Of a stretch of DNA of 64,000 nucleotides, positions 23,119-34,520 are shown one piece after another. The stretch comes from Camelus dromedarius. Its lineage: Eukaryota. Position 1 is the first letter of the stretch. Each line of letters begins with the position of its first letter. The notes under the pieces are model-generated. The model saw only the letters and a program-made list of their open reading frames with translations, was not told where the DNA came from and did no database searches. The DNA is taken from NCBI RefSeq assembly GCF_036321535.1, contig NC_087462.1:17546001-17610000 (forward strand). Reading direction: 5' to 3'. Position numbers and translations under genes: made by a program.

Positions 23119-24129
23119 TGTCCCACCCTTGCTAAAAACACAACGTTTACTCTGAGGAGCCTCATTCATCACACCCATCCTGTGGCCCCCGACCTCCACC
23201 CCTCCCCCCTCCCCACTATCAACCAGTTAGAAAGAAGGGCAGACTGAGGAACCCACAAGCACAGAGATCCTGTCCAGACTTTTTGACCTTGGAAAGAAGG
23301 CAGTATCTTCCTGGTTAAATACTGTCAAGTATTCTGGAGTTAAATAGTATTTTATTTCACTGTATTTCATTTATCGGGGTAATGCTTGAGCTTTGGCATT
23401 AAGGAGGTGTTGGGGGTACAAAAGAAGTGGCAGAGGCATTCTTTAACTCCTTTGAGGGGACTTGGCTGACGTCCCATGTCGTGTAGCATGAATTTGGGTG
23501 TGGAAGTTGGTTTCTGGGTAAGCTCGTGGCTGAGGTATTGAGTGTTAAGAAGCAGAGCATGAAGACGGGGGAGAGCTGAAGAAATACAGGGGTCCTATCG
23601 GGACTCAGCTGGAGTGCTAGAAACAGCCAGCCCACAACTCTCATGATCAGCAAGTCCTCATCGCTGCCTCACATCCCTCAGTATCTGCAAAAACAGGGTT
23701 AGCAGTGTGTTTTCTCATAAGGAAAATATCATATTCTCTTCCCCATCTTACCGCTGTATATTTTAATGTCCAAGATAGGAAAGAAGAATGGAAAAAAAAT
23801 ACCTTAACACACCATACCACGCTGTTACACTTAAAAATACAGGAAGGATTAAAACTGCCAGGCCACATTAAAACGAATGACCAGTTTGGTACAACCCTTC
23901 ACTGCCTTGGCGTTGCCCATTGTCTCTGGCAATAAAGAAACATCACAGGCAATTTATCGGGAGTTAGTCTCAAATGAATTGCATTTGCTGAGAAGAGCAC
24001 ATTTAGCATTTGGTGATTCATATGTGGGAAACATTATTGCTCTGGTAAAGAGCTTAGAATAACTGAGATTTAGAGCCCAGGCGATTAAAAAAAAAAACCA
24101 CCAACCTGAGAGTTTAAGTTTAATTAAAA

Positions 24130-24420
24130 TTAAAAAAGCATGCATTCATTATGTGTCTGTGCATGGTTATGGACTTGGATAAAAGGGTATCAGAAAAGTT
24201 TTGTCTAGATCTCAAACCATTAACAGTGGTTATCTCCACAGGAAGGAGTGGGATTGGGGAAAGAGGGTTAAGACGAATTGGCCATATTTTTTTTTCTCCA
24301 ATAAAGAAAATAGAGGAATAGAACAATATATGTCCAAAATTACATACTTTATAACTCTTATTTGATACTTTATAACTCTTGATATTTCTGTATTTTAAAT
24401 GATTTTTATAGTAAAGGATT
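24130..24420 (+). mobile_element. L1ME-like 3' terminus
   Basis: aaaccattaacagtggttatctccacaggaaggagtgggattgggga...tttctgtattttaaatgattttt. Confidence 0.55.
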
Positions 24421-25149
24421 CACAGGTTACTTGAGTGTACTCAAAGTTAAAATTAAAGGGCGTGATCACACTTCCCAGAGCTCCTTTTTACTGTCCTTGG
24501 GAGCAAGGTTAAGGGATTTTTTTATACGTTCGCACCAAGTTTTTTAGCCTCTGTGCTCCAATGGCTGATGCCAGCCAGGCCTTCTGCAGAAGCGCAGCTG
24601 TGGGTGAGTTAGGCAGGTGGCCCCGGCCCTCGGACCTCACATGAAAAGGCACATTATTGGGGCGTAACTAACTGCCTGTGATCCTTCCTCGTCTGTGTGG
24701 CTGCTTTACCAGGATGTAAATTTATCTACAGGCTCCCCGCTGGAAGACCTTTCTCATTTCCTTCGACACCTGTCTGCGTGTAGATGCAACATCCCTCTTT
24801 TGTAAGTTCTTTTCCGGTTACCCAGGTGATAGAAAAAATATCCTGCGTCTTTTGTTAATCAGAAGGCAAATGTAACTAAGTTCAACCATATTAAACTATG
24901 ATCGTGCAGATGCAAAGAAGAGGCCAGGAAGGGAGCCTGCGAAGACGAAGTAACCGTCAGCTGTGAGTTCTGGGCTGTCAGGAAATGAGTGACTTTTCTT
25001 CCCTTTGGTGATTGGTCACAGCCACTTCTGCTCCGGTGACTCTAATGATGGTATTATGCTCATAATAGAGAACTTCATGTGTTATTTTCTAAGAGCGACA
25101 TACACAGGATAAATACATTTTGGAAAACATAGGAAGGTAGAAGCAATTA

Positions 25150-26000
25150 CCTAGAATCCTTCCACTTGAAATGACCGCTGTGAACATTCGCTTACTACTT
25201 TCGGTCTTTCTCCTGTGCATCTGTGGGTGTGTTTATAGACACATACACGTAAATAAATATACATATGGAGAGAAAGAGGGGGCAAGGAAGGCTTAGCTTT
25301 ATATGCTTCTTTTTTCACTTTGTGAAGGAAAAGCCGGGCTGGTCTAACAAGATAACTCACAAGGCTAGGAATGTGAAGGAGAGCCGGGCTGGGCTAATAG
25401 GATAACTCACAAATCTAAGTATCGGAATACTGATCTGAGTTCTGCTGGACTAACTCGTAAATCTAAGTTAATTAGTGTTGGTTTGCTGTTCATGTTTTTT
25501 GCTAGCCAGCTGGATTTTCAAAGATATATATCTGGCTTTGGAATGTTGGTTTGCTGCCTCCCTGCCTCCACTTTTGTGATAACGATGCGGCTAAAGCTGT
25601 TCCATGCCTATTGGCCGAATACCCCAAGCTTGTACTTTACCCTATAAAACCTCATGCGCACGTCTTGGAGGTGCTCAGAGCTTTGGAGCAGAAGCCCCTC
25701 TGAGCCCGCCGGCGTAATACATCTGAGTTCTCCAACCCTCTGAGTGGTGCTTGTTTCTTGGCTGGCCTGTCATTTCCGTAACAACTTAACATCACATCAC
25801 AACCTGGGGGGCTACGCATGAGGTGGGAGGGGGAAGGACACTTTTCACTGCACACCCTTTTGTATCTTTTAGATTTTGAACTATTTAAATGTACGGCTGA
25901 TCTTACAACAGATTAAAATACAATATAATTCCATGTTGTACGAAGCGTTTTCCCGTGATTCTGCATTTTGTATACTCATCTTTTTAAGTGGCTGCATCAT
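25150..26000 (-). mobile_element. Old L1ME-like fragment, host of the LTR
   Basis: Removing the LTR restores cttcttttttcACTTaacatcac. Downstream tttttaagtggctgcatcatactcc is also L1ME-like. Confidence 0.55.
25321..25783 (+). mobile_element. ERV solo LTR (ERV1/class I type), 463 bp, apparently young
   Basis: TG...CA termini (tgtgaagga / tccgtaaca). 4-bp TSD ACTT at 25317-25320 and 25784-25787. Reverse CCAAT (ATTGG) 25610-25614, TATAAAA 25643-25649, AATACA 25716-25721, many retained CpGs. Confidence 0.88.
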
Positions 26001-26999
26001 ACTCCTTGCAAACATTCTGGAAGGGGCAGTGACCTTGTCAGTCACCCCCATGAGACCCCTCTGTCCTCCTGACCTTCTCACACCTTCGCCCGCTCTCTCC
26101 CCAAACCTGCCCGAGGAGCTTGCGGTGCACGGCTTGGTCTGCGGACACGGGGGGCAGGTTTCCAGCAGAGCTGATGTCACTCTGTGGGAACGAAGCCTGA
26201 TGTCAAGAAGGATGAGTTGGGGAGGAGGACGAGAGACGGCGAAGAGCCTGAATTAATAGCGTCTCCCATCCCCAGACCTTTCACGGCCCACACCGCTGAA
26301 GCAAGAGGGGACAGAGTGCGGCGGATGAGCCGCTCCTAAGGCAGCTCCAGGGACTTCCTCTTAGGACCAGGGATTTTGGAACACCTCTCATCAGGGTGAC
26401 AAACTGCAAGGAAACACAGCAAGGACATGCGGACACACACACACACATACACACACAGGAATTCTGAAGACCAGCAAACACGGCTTAATACAGATCTTCC
26501 TTGTCCCAGAGCAGTATAATACAGCAGACCAGATACGAAGTCACTGCCATTTTTCTAACCGCGATTACCCTATATCATAGATTAAGAATGATAAATGCTT
26601 TCAGCCTCTACTTCAAATAAAAATGCTTCCGGATCTAAGACTTATGGAGAAGTTGTGGTCATTTCTGTGCCAGAGGCTCCCCAACAATGCTAGTGACATG
26701 TCCCTAACCCCTAGCTTTCAGCCTCCCTCACAGATACGAAGGTGACGTGGAAACCACATCAGGGTACTCACCCTGGCTTCTTGCCTTTTCTCCCAACACA
26801 CTCAAGGGCTTTTCTATGCAAACCCATATCATACACACAGATGACGCCTGTCCTCCAGCCACACATCCATCATGGCCACGTGTGTATGTGAATAAAAAGC
26901 ACCTAAGGCAGCAAGGGTCCCTCCCCGAGCTGTCCTCACACAGAGGACCGATATTTAGGGCACAGTTTTACTTCTTGTGGACTCTCCCTCTGCCTGTAG

Positions 27000-27345
27000 C
27001 AGATGTTGCAAACTGGTGTTTAATTTGGCTGGCACGTCCTTTAAAAGGAAACAAAAACAAAAACAAATCTCAGCCAACATTTAAAAATTGGGAAATGAAC
27101 ATAACATCTGGGTTTGGGACTACTCTGGAAAACTCTGATGTCCATCCGTTTAGGTCCTCTCTCCCACGGCACGGAGCTCGGTGGCAGCTGCCCTCTGCGG
27201 GAGGGGCAGGCAATTTTTCTTTCGAGTTCAGCATCCTCCTCAGAACTCCCCGTTGCCTCCTAACCTTGAGGTCCCTGTGCCCACTGCCATTTGTCACTGG
27301 GCTTGCATTGCTGCTTTTCTGATCGTAGAGAAATAATTTTATTAT
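27000..27345. mobile_element. MER102-like hAT-Charlie element
   Basis: cagatgttgcaaactgg...gccaacatttaaaaattgggaaat...gcttgcattgctgcttttctgatcgtagagaaata. Confidence 0.65.
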
Positions 27346-29229
27346 GCCTTCACTTGAAGGCATATTTGAGTTGTAATCCCCCACCTAGAGTTTTGAGAAT
27401 ATGACCTGAAGATTTATTTATGAGCTGTAAACAGTAAGAGACACAGAGAACAAAGCCATGCCTCCTGCCTGCCCCTCCACTGGGGCGATTCTCCTAACTC
27501 AGCTCCTCCTGGCATCAGAGCCTGTTTTCTGGTCTGGCTTCGAGCACGTTTGAAGGGACTACCTAAACTTGGTGTACTTTCTTTCCAGTCTTTCCCCAAA
27601 GAAATCCCGCCTTCCCCTCTGCAGGATTTGCTTTAAACCCATTAACCTGATTAGTTACAAATGTGCAGCATTCCCTTTCTTGTTAAACATGGGCAGATAG
27701 GTACGCAGTTTCAAAGCCGAGAGAACGCCATCAAATGATTCTGTGCAGAACCAAACCATCTGGACTGCAAACAAGCTTCTTAAAATAATTGTTTTCGCCC
27801 CTTGATAGCAGATCACATTAGAGGACTGAGTTCTTTGGCTGGTTCAGTCTGGTTATGCAGAAGTCTGTTTACTTACATGGTAATGAGACTAAAGGTCCAC
27901 TGTAACTTACTCTCTGCTGTCATAGAGAAATCAACCTCCAGACTAAAATATCTAAATAAGCGGAGGTTCCCTTCCATTAGCGTGCTCCGGTTTGTTTAAG
28001 GAAATATTTTATCCATAAAGACACACACACACGTTTCTATCATCACCTATGCACGTTTGTACGTTGACACATTTACACACACACATGCATATCTGGCCAC
28101 GCTTCACGGATGAATTAAACCATCACATGACGCTTCCAAAGTTAGATGGTGGTAACAAGTTGGTCTTTATAAACCTGATCAAAATGACCTCTTTCGAAAC
28201 ACAGCTTATGCTTTGTATCCTTAAGAAGGGCTTCTGGAGCCCTACCTATGGGACTGTGAGAGAAGTCACAGACCTCACCCTTCTTTTGTAAAGGAAACAC
28301 CAATAAAAACTCCTAGGCTGTGGGGAAACGGAGAGTGCAGCCTGATATTTTGCACCGGGTACAAGAGCAAAAGCAGAAAAAGCGGTGTTTAAAATCAAAC
28401 AGCTTCTCCACCGGTTTGATGAAAGCCAGCCTCCTCTCTTCAGCCCTAATTCTCAAACCAGCCTGACTTCCCACGACAAATAATGCACATTAATTAAATA
28501 CCAAATGATTATTAAAAACACTTGTGAAGAATAATGATTATGTAACAGATACATGTACGTCAGACCGCAGAGCACAGTTCTGAATAATTTATGGGGTGTC
28601 TGAGCTGTAGTAGCTAGCCTACTGGTTTCCCCCTTTTCTTTACCACCCCCAAATGCTCGTGTAACTCATGCACGTGGGAGAACGGCTGCACTGTGGATTT
28701 AAACTTATTTTCCATCACTTATCATTAGCTCTCAGTGCGTATGCATTTAATGAAGAGCCTCTGATTAAAAATGGGGTTTTGCAAAATCTAAATTAAATGC
28801 ATGGCTTACTTATAGTTTTCTAAAACAGTCTCACCACACGTTAAGTTCTTGTTAGCATCATGAAAACGTCTGTGTGCATTCTAGCAATAAGGAGTGGCCG
28901 TCATTTGACCATCCTCTGGCTTCCTTTCTAAAGAATTCCAGCCCCTGATTTCAGAATAAAGGCGGCATATTTGATGAAAGGTATGGTGGGGAAAGCCAGC
29001 AGTGCAGAGAATAGCAGATTCAGGTCCGAATTTGACCACCATCACCTTTTAGAGAAACCTTTTCCTTACTGTGTCTTAACTCTCTTGTCTCAGAGAGAGT
29101 CTTGGAGAGGATTCGATATAATAACGTTTTAAAACTGCCTCATACCTAGACTGCATGATGCTGGCTGTGCTGGGTCAGTTTTTTGAACTGATTTTCATTC
29201 ACACACTTAGTATATGCACCAGTCTTTTT

Positions 29230-29378
29230 CACCTTCTCCCCATTTAAGAGACAAGAAAATCAAGACACCAAGAGGTCAGGGGAGCTTCAGGTCACACGGC
29301 TAGGAAGTGGGAGAGTGAAGCACTGGAGCCAGACCGCCTGACTTTGTAGTCAGCTCTCGTTACCACCTGCTGCCTCTG
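29230..29378 (-). mobile_element. MIR SINE
   Basis: ggtcacacggctaggaagtgggagag...cagaccgcctgact. Confidence 0.65.
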
Positions 29379-29439
29379 CCCTTCCTCTTTTTGGATTTCT
29401 CTCTCTTCCCGTACATCCCCAGGCCAGGAAGCTCTAGGT

Positions 29440-29625
29440 GTGTTCCCTACAGACTGATCACCGAATGTACATTATACCCTTTAATTCCTACAACGCCACT
29501 ACAGTATATTTTACACATTTTACAAATGAAGGGCCTAGGATGCATGTATGTCCCTGTGGGTCCTCAACCAGTAGCCAAGTTAGGCTGTAAACCCACACCC
29601 TGCCAAACCAAAGCCTTCGAACCTT
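29440..29625 (-). mobile_element. MIR SINE, degenerate
   Basis: ctttaattcctacaacgcc...cattttacaaatgaaggg. Confidence 0.5.
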
Positions 29626-30114
29626 CTGCAGGCTCCCCTTACACTCACCCTCAGTTCCACTGCTCTGGTCCTGCCCATCCTCTCCCCAAACTGCTCTCCC
29701 TCCTCCTTGTCCCCACCCCACCTGGATGCATCTACTGCAGTTCATTTGGCTTTGGGATTCCACCCCCCCTGTCGGCCTCCCTGTAGGAGATTCTCTTCTG
29801 TAGGCTGAAGCATGGAGAGCCTGGGAGCCAAGATCAGCATTTAATTCCAGACCGGCTGCTATTGTCAGAGTCATCTGAGGTCTATTGGTCTTTTCTGCCT
29901 AATTTGGCAGCGAGCGCCTTACCACTTGCCTGTCCCTCCCCAGATGCACCCTGCTCAGTGCCTAGCACCTCGGGACATATGCGCAGTAACACATCTGGTT
30001 TCTGCTGCTCTGAGAAGCACCATCGCCCACTTGCTCAGTGACTGAAAGACTAGATTTTAAAAACTGCACCATTAGTTTTCCCCTAATCCAACTGCTCTAT
30101 TGGAACACTCAAAT

Positions 30115-30690
30115 TTGTTTATACATTTAATATTTAACAAATGAATACATGTTCATGATTTTGAAAATAAAGATATAAAATAAAAAGTAAAACCAGTATC
30201 TTTTTTCCCTCACTCTGCCTGCTCGTCTCTTCCTCTATAAGGTCTTGACATTTTCTTGTGTATCTTTCTTGAAAATGTTTATACATGCCAGCATTTATAC
30301 CTATTATTTAAAGTAGGCACAAATAAGACAATAATATATACACTGTTCTTCATTTTTCTTTTTTAACTTAACACTACCTCTTTTAAAATTAACTGTACCT
30401 TTCCCATATCTGCACAGACAGCTCCAGCTAACTCTTTTAAATGACCACATACTAATTCCTTTGTATATGGATGCGCTGTAAGCCATTTACTGGTCCCTTA
30501 TTGAGGAATGGTTCCAATGTTCTGTGGGGGACAATGGACTTCAAGATACATATATCTTGGAATACTTTGTGAATCTGTCTGTTAGAAAAATTCCCAGCAG
30601 TGCAACTGCTGGGTCTAAAAGGGTCGAGGCACTTAAAGTTTTGATGAATATTGCCCAAGAGGGTCTCCAAAGAGGTTGCACTAATCCTAT
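30115..30690 (-). mobile_element. L1ME-like fragment
   Basis: aaattcccagcagtgcaactgctgggtctaaaaggg...ttttgatgaatattgcccaa...ctccaaagaggttgcactaat. Confidence 0.7.
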
Positions 30691-32050
30691 TTATTTTGAG
30701 TAGTTCACATTGACTCTATAGGTCACAGTCCCCAAGGAGGGCCCTGAACTAGAGCTACTGCCGGAGTTTGGGGGAAATTTAATCATGGTCAGAGAGCCAG
30801 GGGCAGGAGTATGAAGCTGTCAACTGTGTGCAGGAAATGCAGTGTCCATACGGAACGGGGGCCTTCCACTAGCTGCTGTCCTGTTACTTAAGACTTTCTG
30901 GGAATAGCCTCTTGGCAACTGAGGACGAGCACAGTGGTCCTCCTGGGAGGGAGGAGACTGGGCTTCAAGTCCCAACTCTGCCCTCACTTTACTTTTTCAT
31001 CCTGGGCCAGTCCCTTCTCCTCTCTGTACTTTAATTTCCTTATTTGTGATATACGGTGGAATTGAGCTCACAAACTCAAATACGGGGATGAGGCAGAGAA
31101 CTGAACTCACTGGCTGGGTGGGGATGGTTACCAGCAGAGGAGCACATGTCTGTCCAAACACTGAGTCAAACTCCACGTCACAGGACCCTGGGGATAGACA
31201 TATGAGCCCACGGTCTCTGGACACCCCCCCCTCCCCAGGGTCCCACAGGAATTTCAAACTACAGATTTTATGCAACATTTTTGATATCTTTTTGTAGATT
31301 TTTCAATGCTAGAAACTGATTTAAAAACTTACAAAATTCTATTTGATATTTAATATAAAAAAATCCATGAGTTCACAAATGTATTCCAAAGAGAAAGTTA
31401 AAAAAAAAAAAAGCATTTCTCACTACTATATAACTCTATTCTGAAAACTGGTAGTTAAAGAATCATTTATCTGGTTTCTCCCATAGGAACTGTATTTCAG
31501 GGTAACCAAACAGCCCAGGTTTCTGAGCTTTTCTTTACATATGAATAGATGTAAGCAGAATGTAGGGGGAAAAGAATCCTTTTGCAGTTTCCAATTAGGT
31601 AACTGATTCCGGCAACAGTCATCAATGAATGCTGCAATTATTAAACAGTTAAAGGTTGACTCAGGGTGCCAAGTTATTAGTCACAAACTGTGGCTGGTAG
31701 TGAGGGCAGAAAAAGAACTTTCCAAAAAAGGGATCAGTTGTAACCACTTGAACCCACTGATCAGGCTCAGCATGAAAACAGTTAAACCACGTTAGGTGCA
31801 TCCTGAGATACAGTGTTACTCATGCAGTATTCTTGTCAAAACATTTAAACCCAAATCCAAGCAAGCCTAACTAACCTGTGGCTAGAAATATGCAGGGGCT
31901 GGAGGAACACCTTAAACTGCAGCATGGAGAAGCCAGCAGAAAAATCCAGAAACTAGGACATGCTTCAGGATCTGGTTTCTTTGACAAGTCAATGGCATGA
32001 AAATTAAAAAAAAAAAAAAAAAGGGAACTCTTTCAGATTAAAAGCAAAGG

Positions 32051-32211
32051 GTAAAACAACAAGGTATAGCATAGGGAACCGTATTCAATATCTTGTAATA
32101 GCCTATAATGAAAAAGAATATATATCTAAATGTATAACTAATCACTATGCTGTACATCAGAGCTAACACAATACTGTAAATCAACTATACTTCAATTAAA
32201 AAAAAAAAAAA
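32051..32211 (+). mobile_element. Young cetartiodactyl-type L1 3' terminus
   Basis: aacaacaaggtatagcatagggaaccgtattcaatatcttgtaatagcc...aaatcaactatacttcaatt plus poly(A). TSD aaaagcaaagg (32040-32050) / aaaagcagagg (32212-32222). Confidence 0.9.
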
Positions 32212-32236
32212 AAAAGCAGAGGATAATGTTTTAGGC

Positions 32237-32597
32237 CAGCACCATCCAATGGAAATATATAAGCCACAAATGCAATTTTTAATTTTCTAGTAGTTGCATT
32301 AAAAAGTACCATATATTTAATAACACATTTAAATAAAATACATTTAATGTATTTAATTAATTTAAACAAATATATTTCATAATAAATCTTATTACACCCA
32401 AGATGTCCTAAATACTATAATTTCAAACATACAATCAAAATAAAATTGTTGATGAGACATTTTACATTCTTTTCCTGGTACTGTCTTTGAAATCCAGTGT
32501 GCAGTTCCCACTTACCATGTATCTGAATTTGGACCAGTTACATTTCAACAGCTCTTTGGCCACACGTGGCCAGAGCCTACTACAGTGAACAGCACAG
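32237..32597. mobile_element. MER33 MITE with an AT-rich internal expansion
   Basis: cagcaccatccaatggaaatatataagccac...ttttctagtag...gtctttgaaatccagtgtg...gccacacgtggc...gaacagcacag. Confidence 0.8.
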
Positions 32598-34487
32598 TTC
32601 CAGACTGAAGTGGAACAATGACTAAATACATGGGCTGTGATACATGAGCTGTGTTTGGACTGTAGTTTGAACAAGCCAGGTTTTGAAACATATTTTGGGG
32701 GACAGTTGCGAGACTTGGGATATGGACTAGATATCGGATGATACGAAGAAACTATTATTCACTTTGTTACGTGTGGTGTTTGTAATTTGTAAGAACACAT
32801 TTTTACTTTTTAAGCAAAGTGTACTGAAAGATGTCAAAGTGTCACGATGTCTATAATTTACTTTAAAATACTTGGGGAAAATAAAAATATTCACAACTGT
32901 TAAATCCAGGCGATGGGTATCACGGGGGAATCTCAGTTCAAGTGGTCACTTAGGTCTCTTCCAGATGGGAAATTTTAGGATGCCAGTTGCCTATGTGCCT
33001 TGGGACTCTGTTGCGCTGGTCAAGAAAGAGCATGTACAGCGAGCAACAGACTCTCACCTGAACAGGGTTTCTCTCCTCTCCTCTGCAGGGAAAACCTGGA
33101 AAACGCACAGCCAGGGGAGGCTGTCCGCTGAGCTCTGCGTGACAGAGCTGCAGCTGAGGCGGCAGCCCTGGGAGCCAGGTCCCAGCGGAGTGTGGAGCCA
33201 GAGGGGCGGGGCCCTCCGGGCACCCCGCGCGCCACTTCCCGGACTCCAGGCAGGACGCATCCAGCACTGTCCTTCATTAGTGCTAATGGAATTTCAAGGT
33301 CAATGACCACTCGTAAATACCAGCCCTAAATTAAGTGTATCCGAGGCTCCTTGCCCAGAGGATTTTATTTTCATTTTTCTTAAAAGCCAAGTTGCTTGGG
33401 AGATAGGGGAGTGTCAAAAATACAGTTAACCTTTCAAGATGAAAACACTATCAATTCTATTGATTTAGATCATAACTTGCTTCCACTTAACTCACCAAAA
33501 GGGACTGCCGATTTTAGAGATAATGTATTTCTCAGTCTTAACAGAGGTTTTTTTTTTTTTTTTTTCTCTTTTCTATCCCCGGCCACCCACTCCCCCACAC
33601 CCTGGCCGCCCAAACTCTCTTTCTCCAGGGACTTCTTGTCTCAGCTCCCCCGGGGAAGCCTCCTACAGGAGAGCGACTGGGTCTGGCTAGATTGCTGACA
33701 ACACCAAAATAATACAAAGTGCTCTGTATTATTGATGGCGGCTTCTCTGCCTGTCATTTCTCCCCCTTCTCCTTCTGAACAGCTGGGAACAACCCTGCAA
33801 TCCTTGTACAACATGACTAATACGTTCAGCTTCAGAGGTACAAAGGAGACGGAAATAAATGAAGGGATCGCTAAAGAGGAGTTTTTCTATCTCTCCGGTG
33901 GAATGATGAGTAACTGGGAACAGACAACCACGAACATCACTGCATAGTAATTGTCAAGTTGAGGGCCTGAGAGGCTCTAAAAGGACCTGAAACCAACACC
34001 TTATCTAAGGTCAGTTGTGCAGCGAGCTTGGGTTCCAGGGACAGAGTCAACAGTAGCTCCTAGCTGAGTCGTAGTGTTACCACACCACGAGACTTATGAG
34101 CCGGGTTTTAGCAGCTCCGAATCCCTCTTGCCCAGCTCCATGGGATGCTGTGTCTTGGTTGGACACACCAGTTTCCTTGCCTACTGCCGAATCTGTGTGT
34201 GGCACTACAGGAGAGGGAAGAACTGACATAAATCACCATCAAAGCCCCATCTTTGTTTTTTATTGATCCTCCACACTGAGGAATCCCGGCCAGAACTCCA
34301 AAGAAGGCACACCGGGCTGCAGACAGTACCGATGATTTCTTTTTCTTTTTCTTCTTTTTTTTTTATACAAGATTCTGTCTGTATTGAAGAAAGATGGCCG
34401 AGCTCGCCCTTCCACCATGCCCTTGTGGCTTCCTGCCAGCCTTTTCTCTAAATCCTCAAGTCTGTTGTAATGTCTCCTGTTTCCCAT

Positions 34488-34488
<1 letters not shown>

Positions 34489-34518
<30 letters not shown>
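34489..34518 (+). repeat. poly(A)30
   Basis: Directly visible. Confidence 0.95.

Positions 34519-34520
<2 letters not shown>

Larger units (their letters stand above)
31290..32935 (+). mobile_element. L1MC4-like 3' UTR carrying two nested insertions
   Basis: aactgtatttcagggtaaccaaa...aaaatccaga...cagattaaaag, resuming after MER33 with tggactagatatcggatgatacgaagaaactatt...aggcgatgggtat. Confidence 0.65.
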
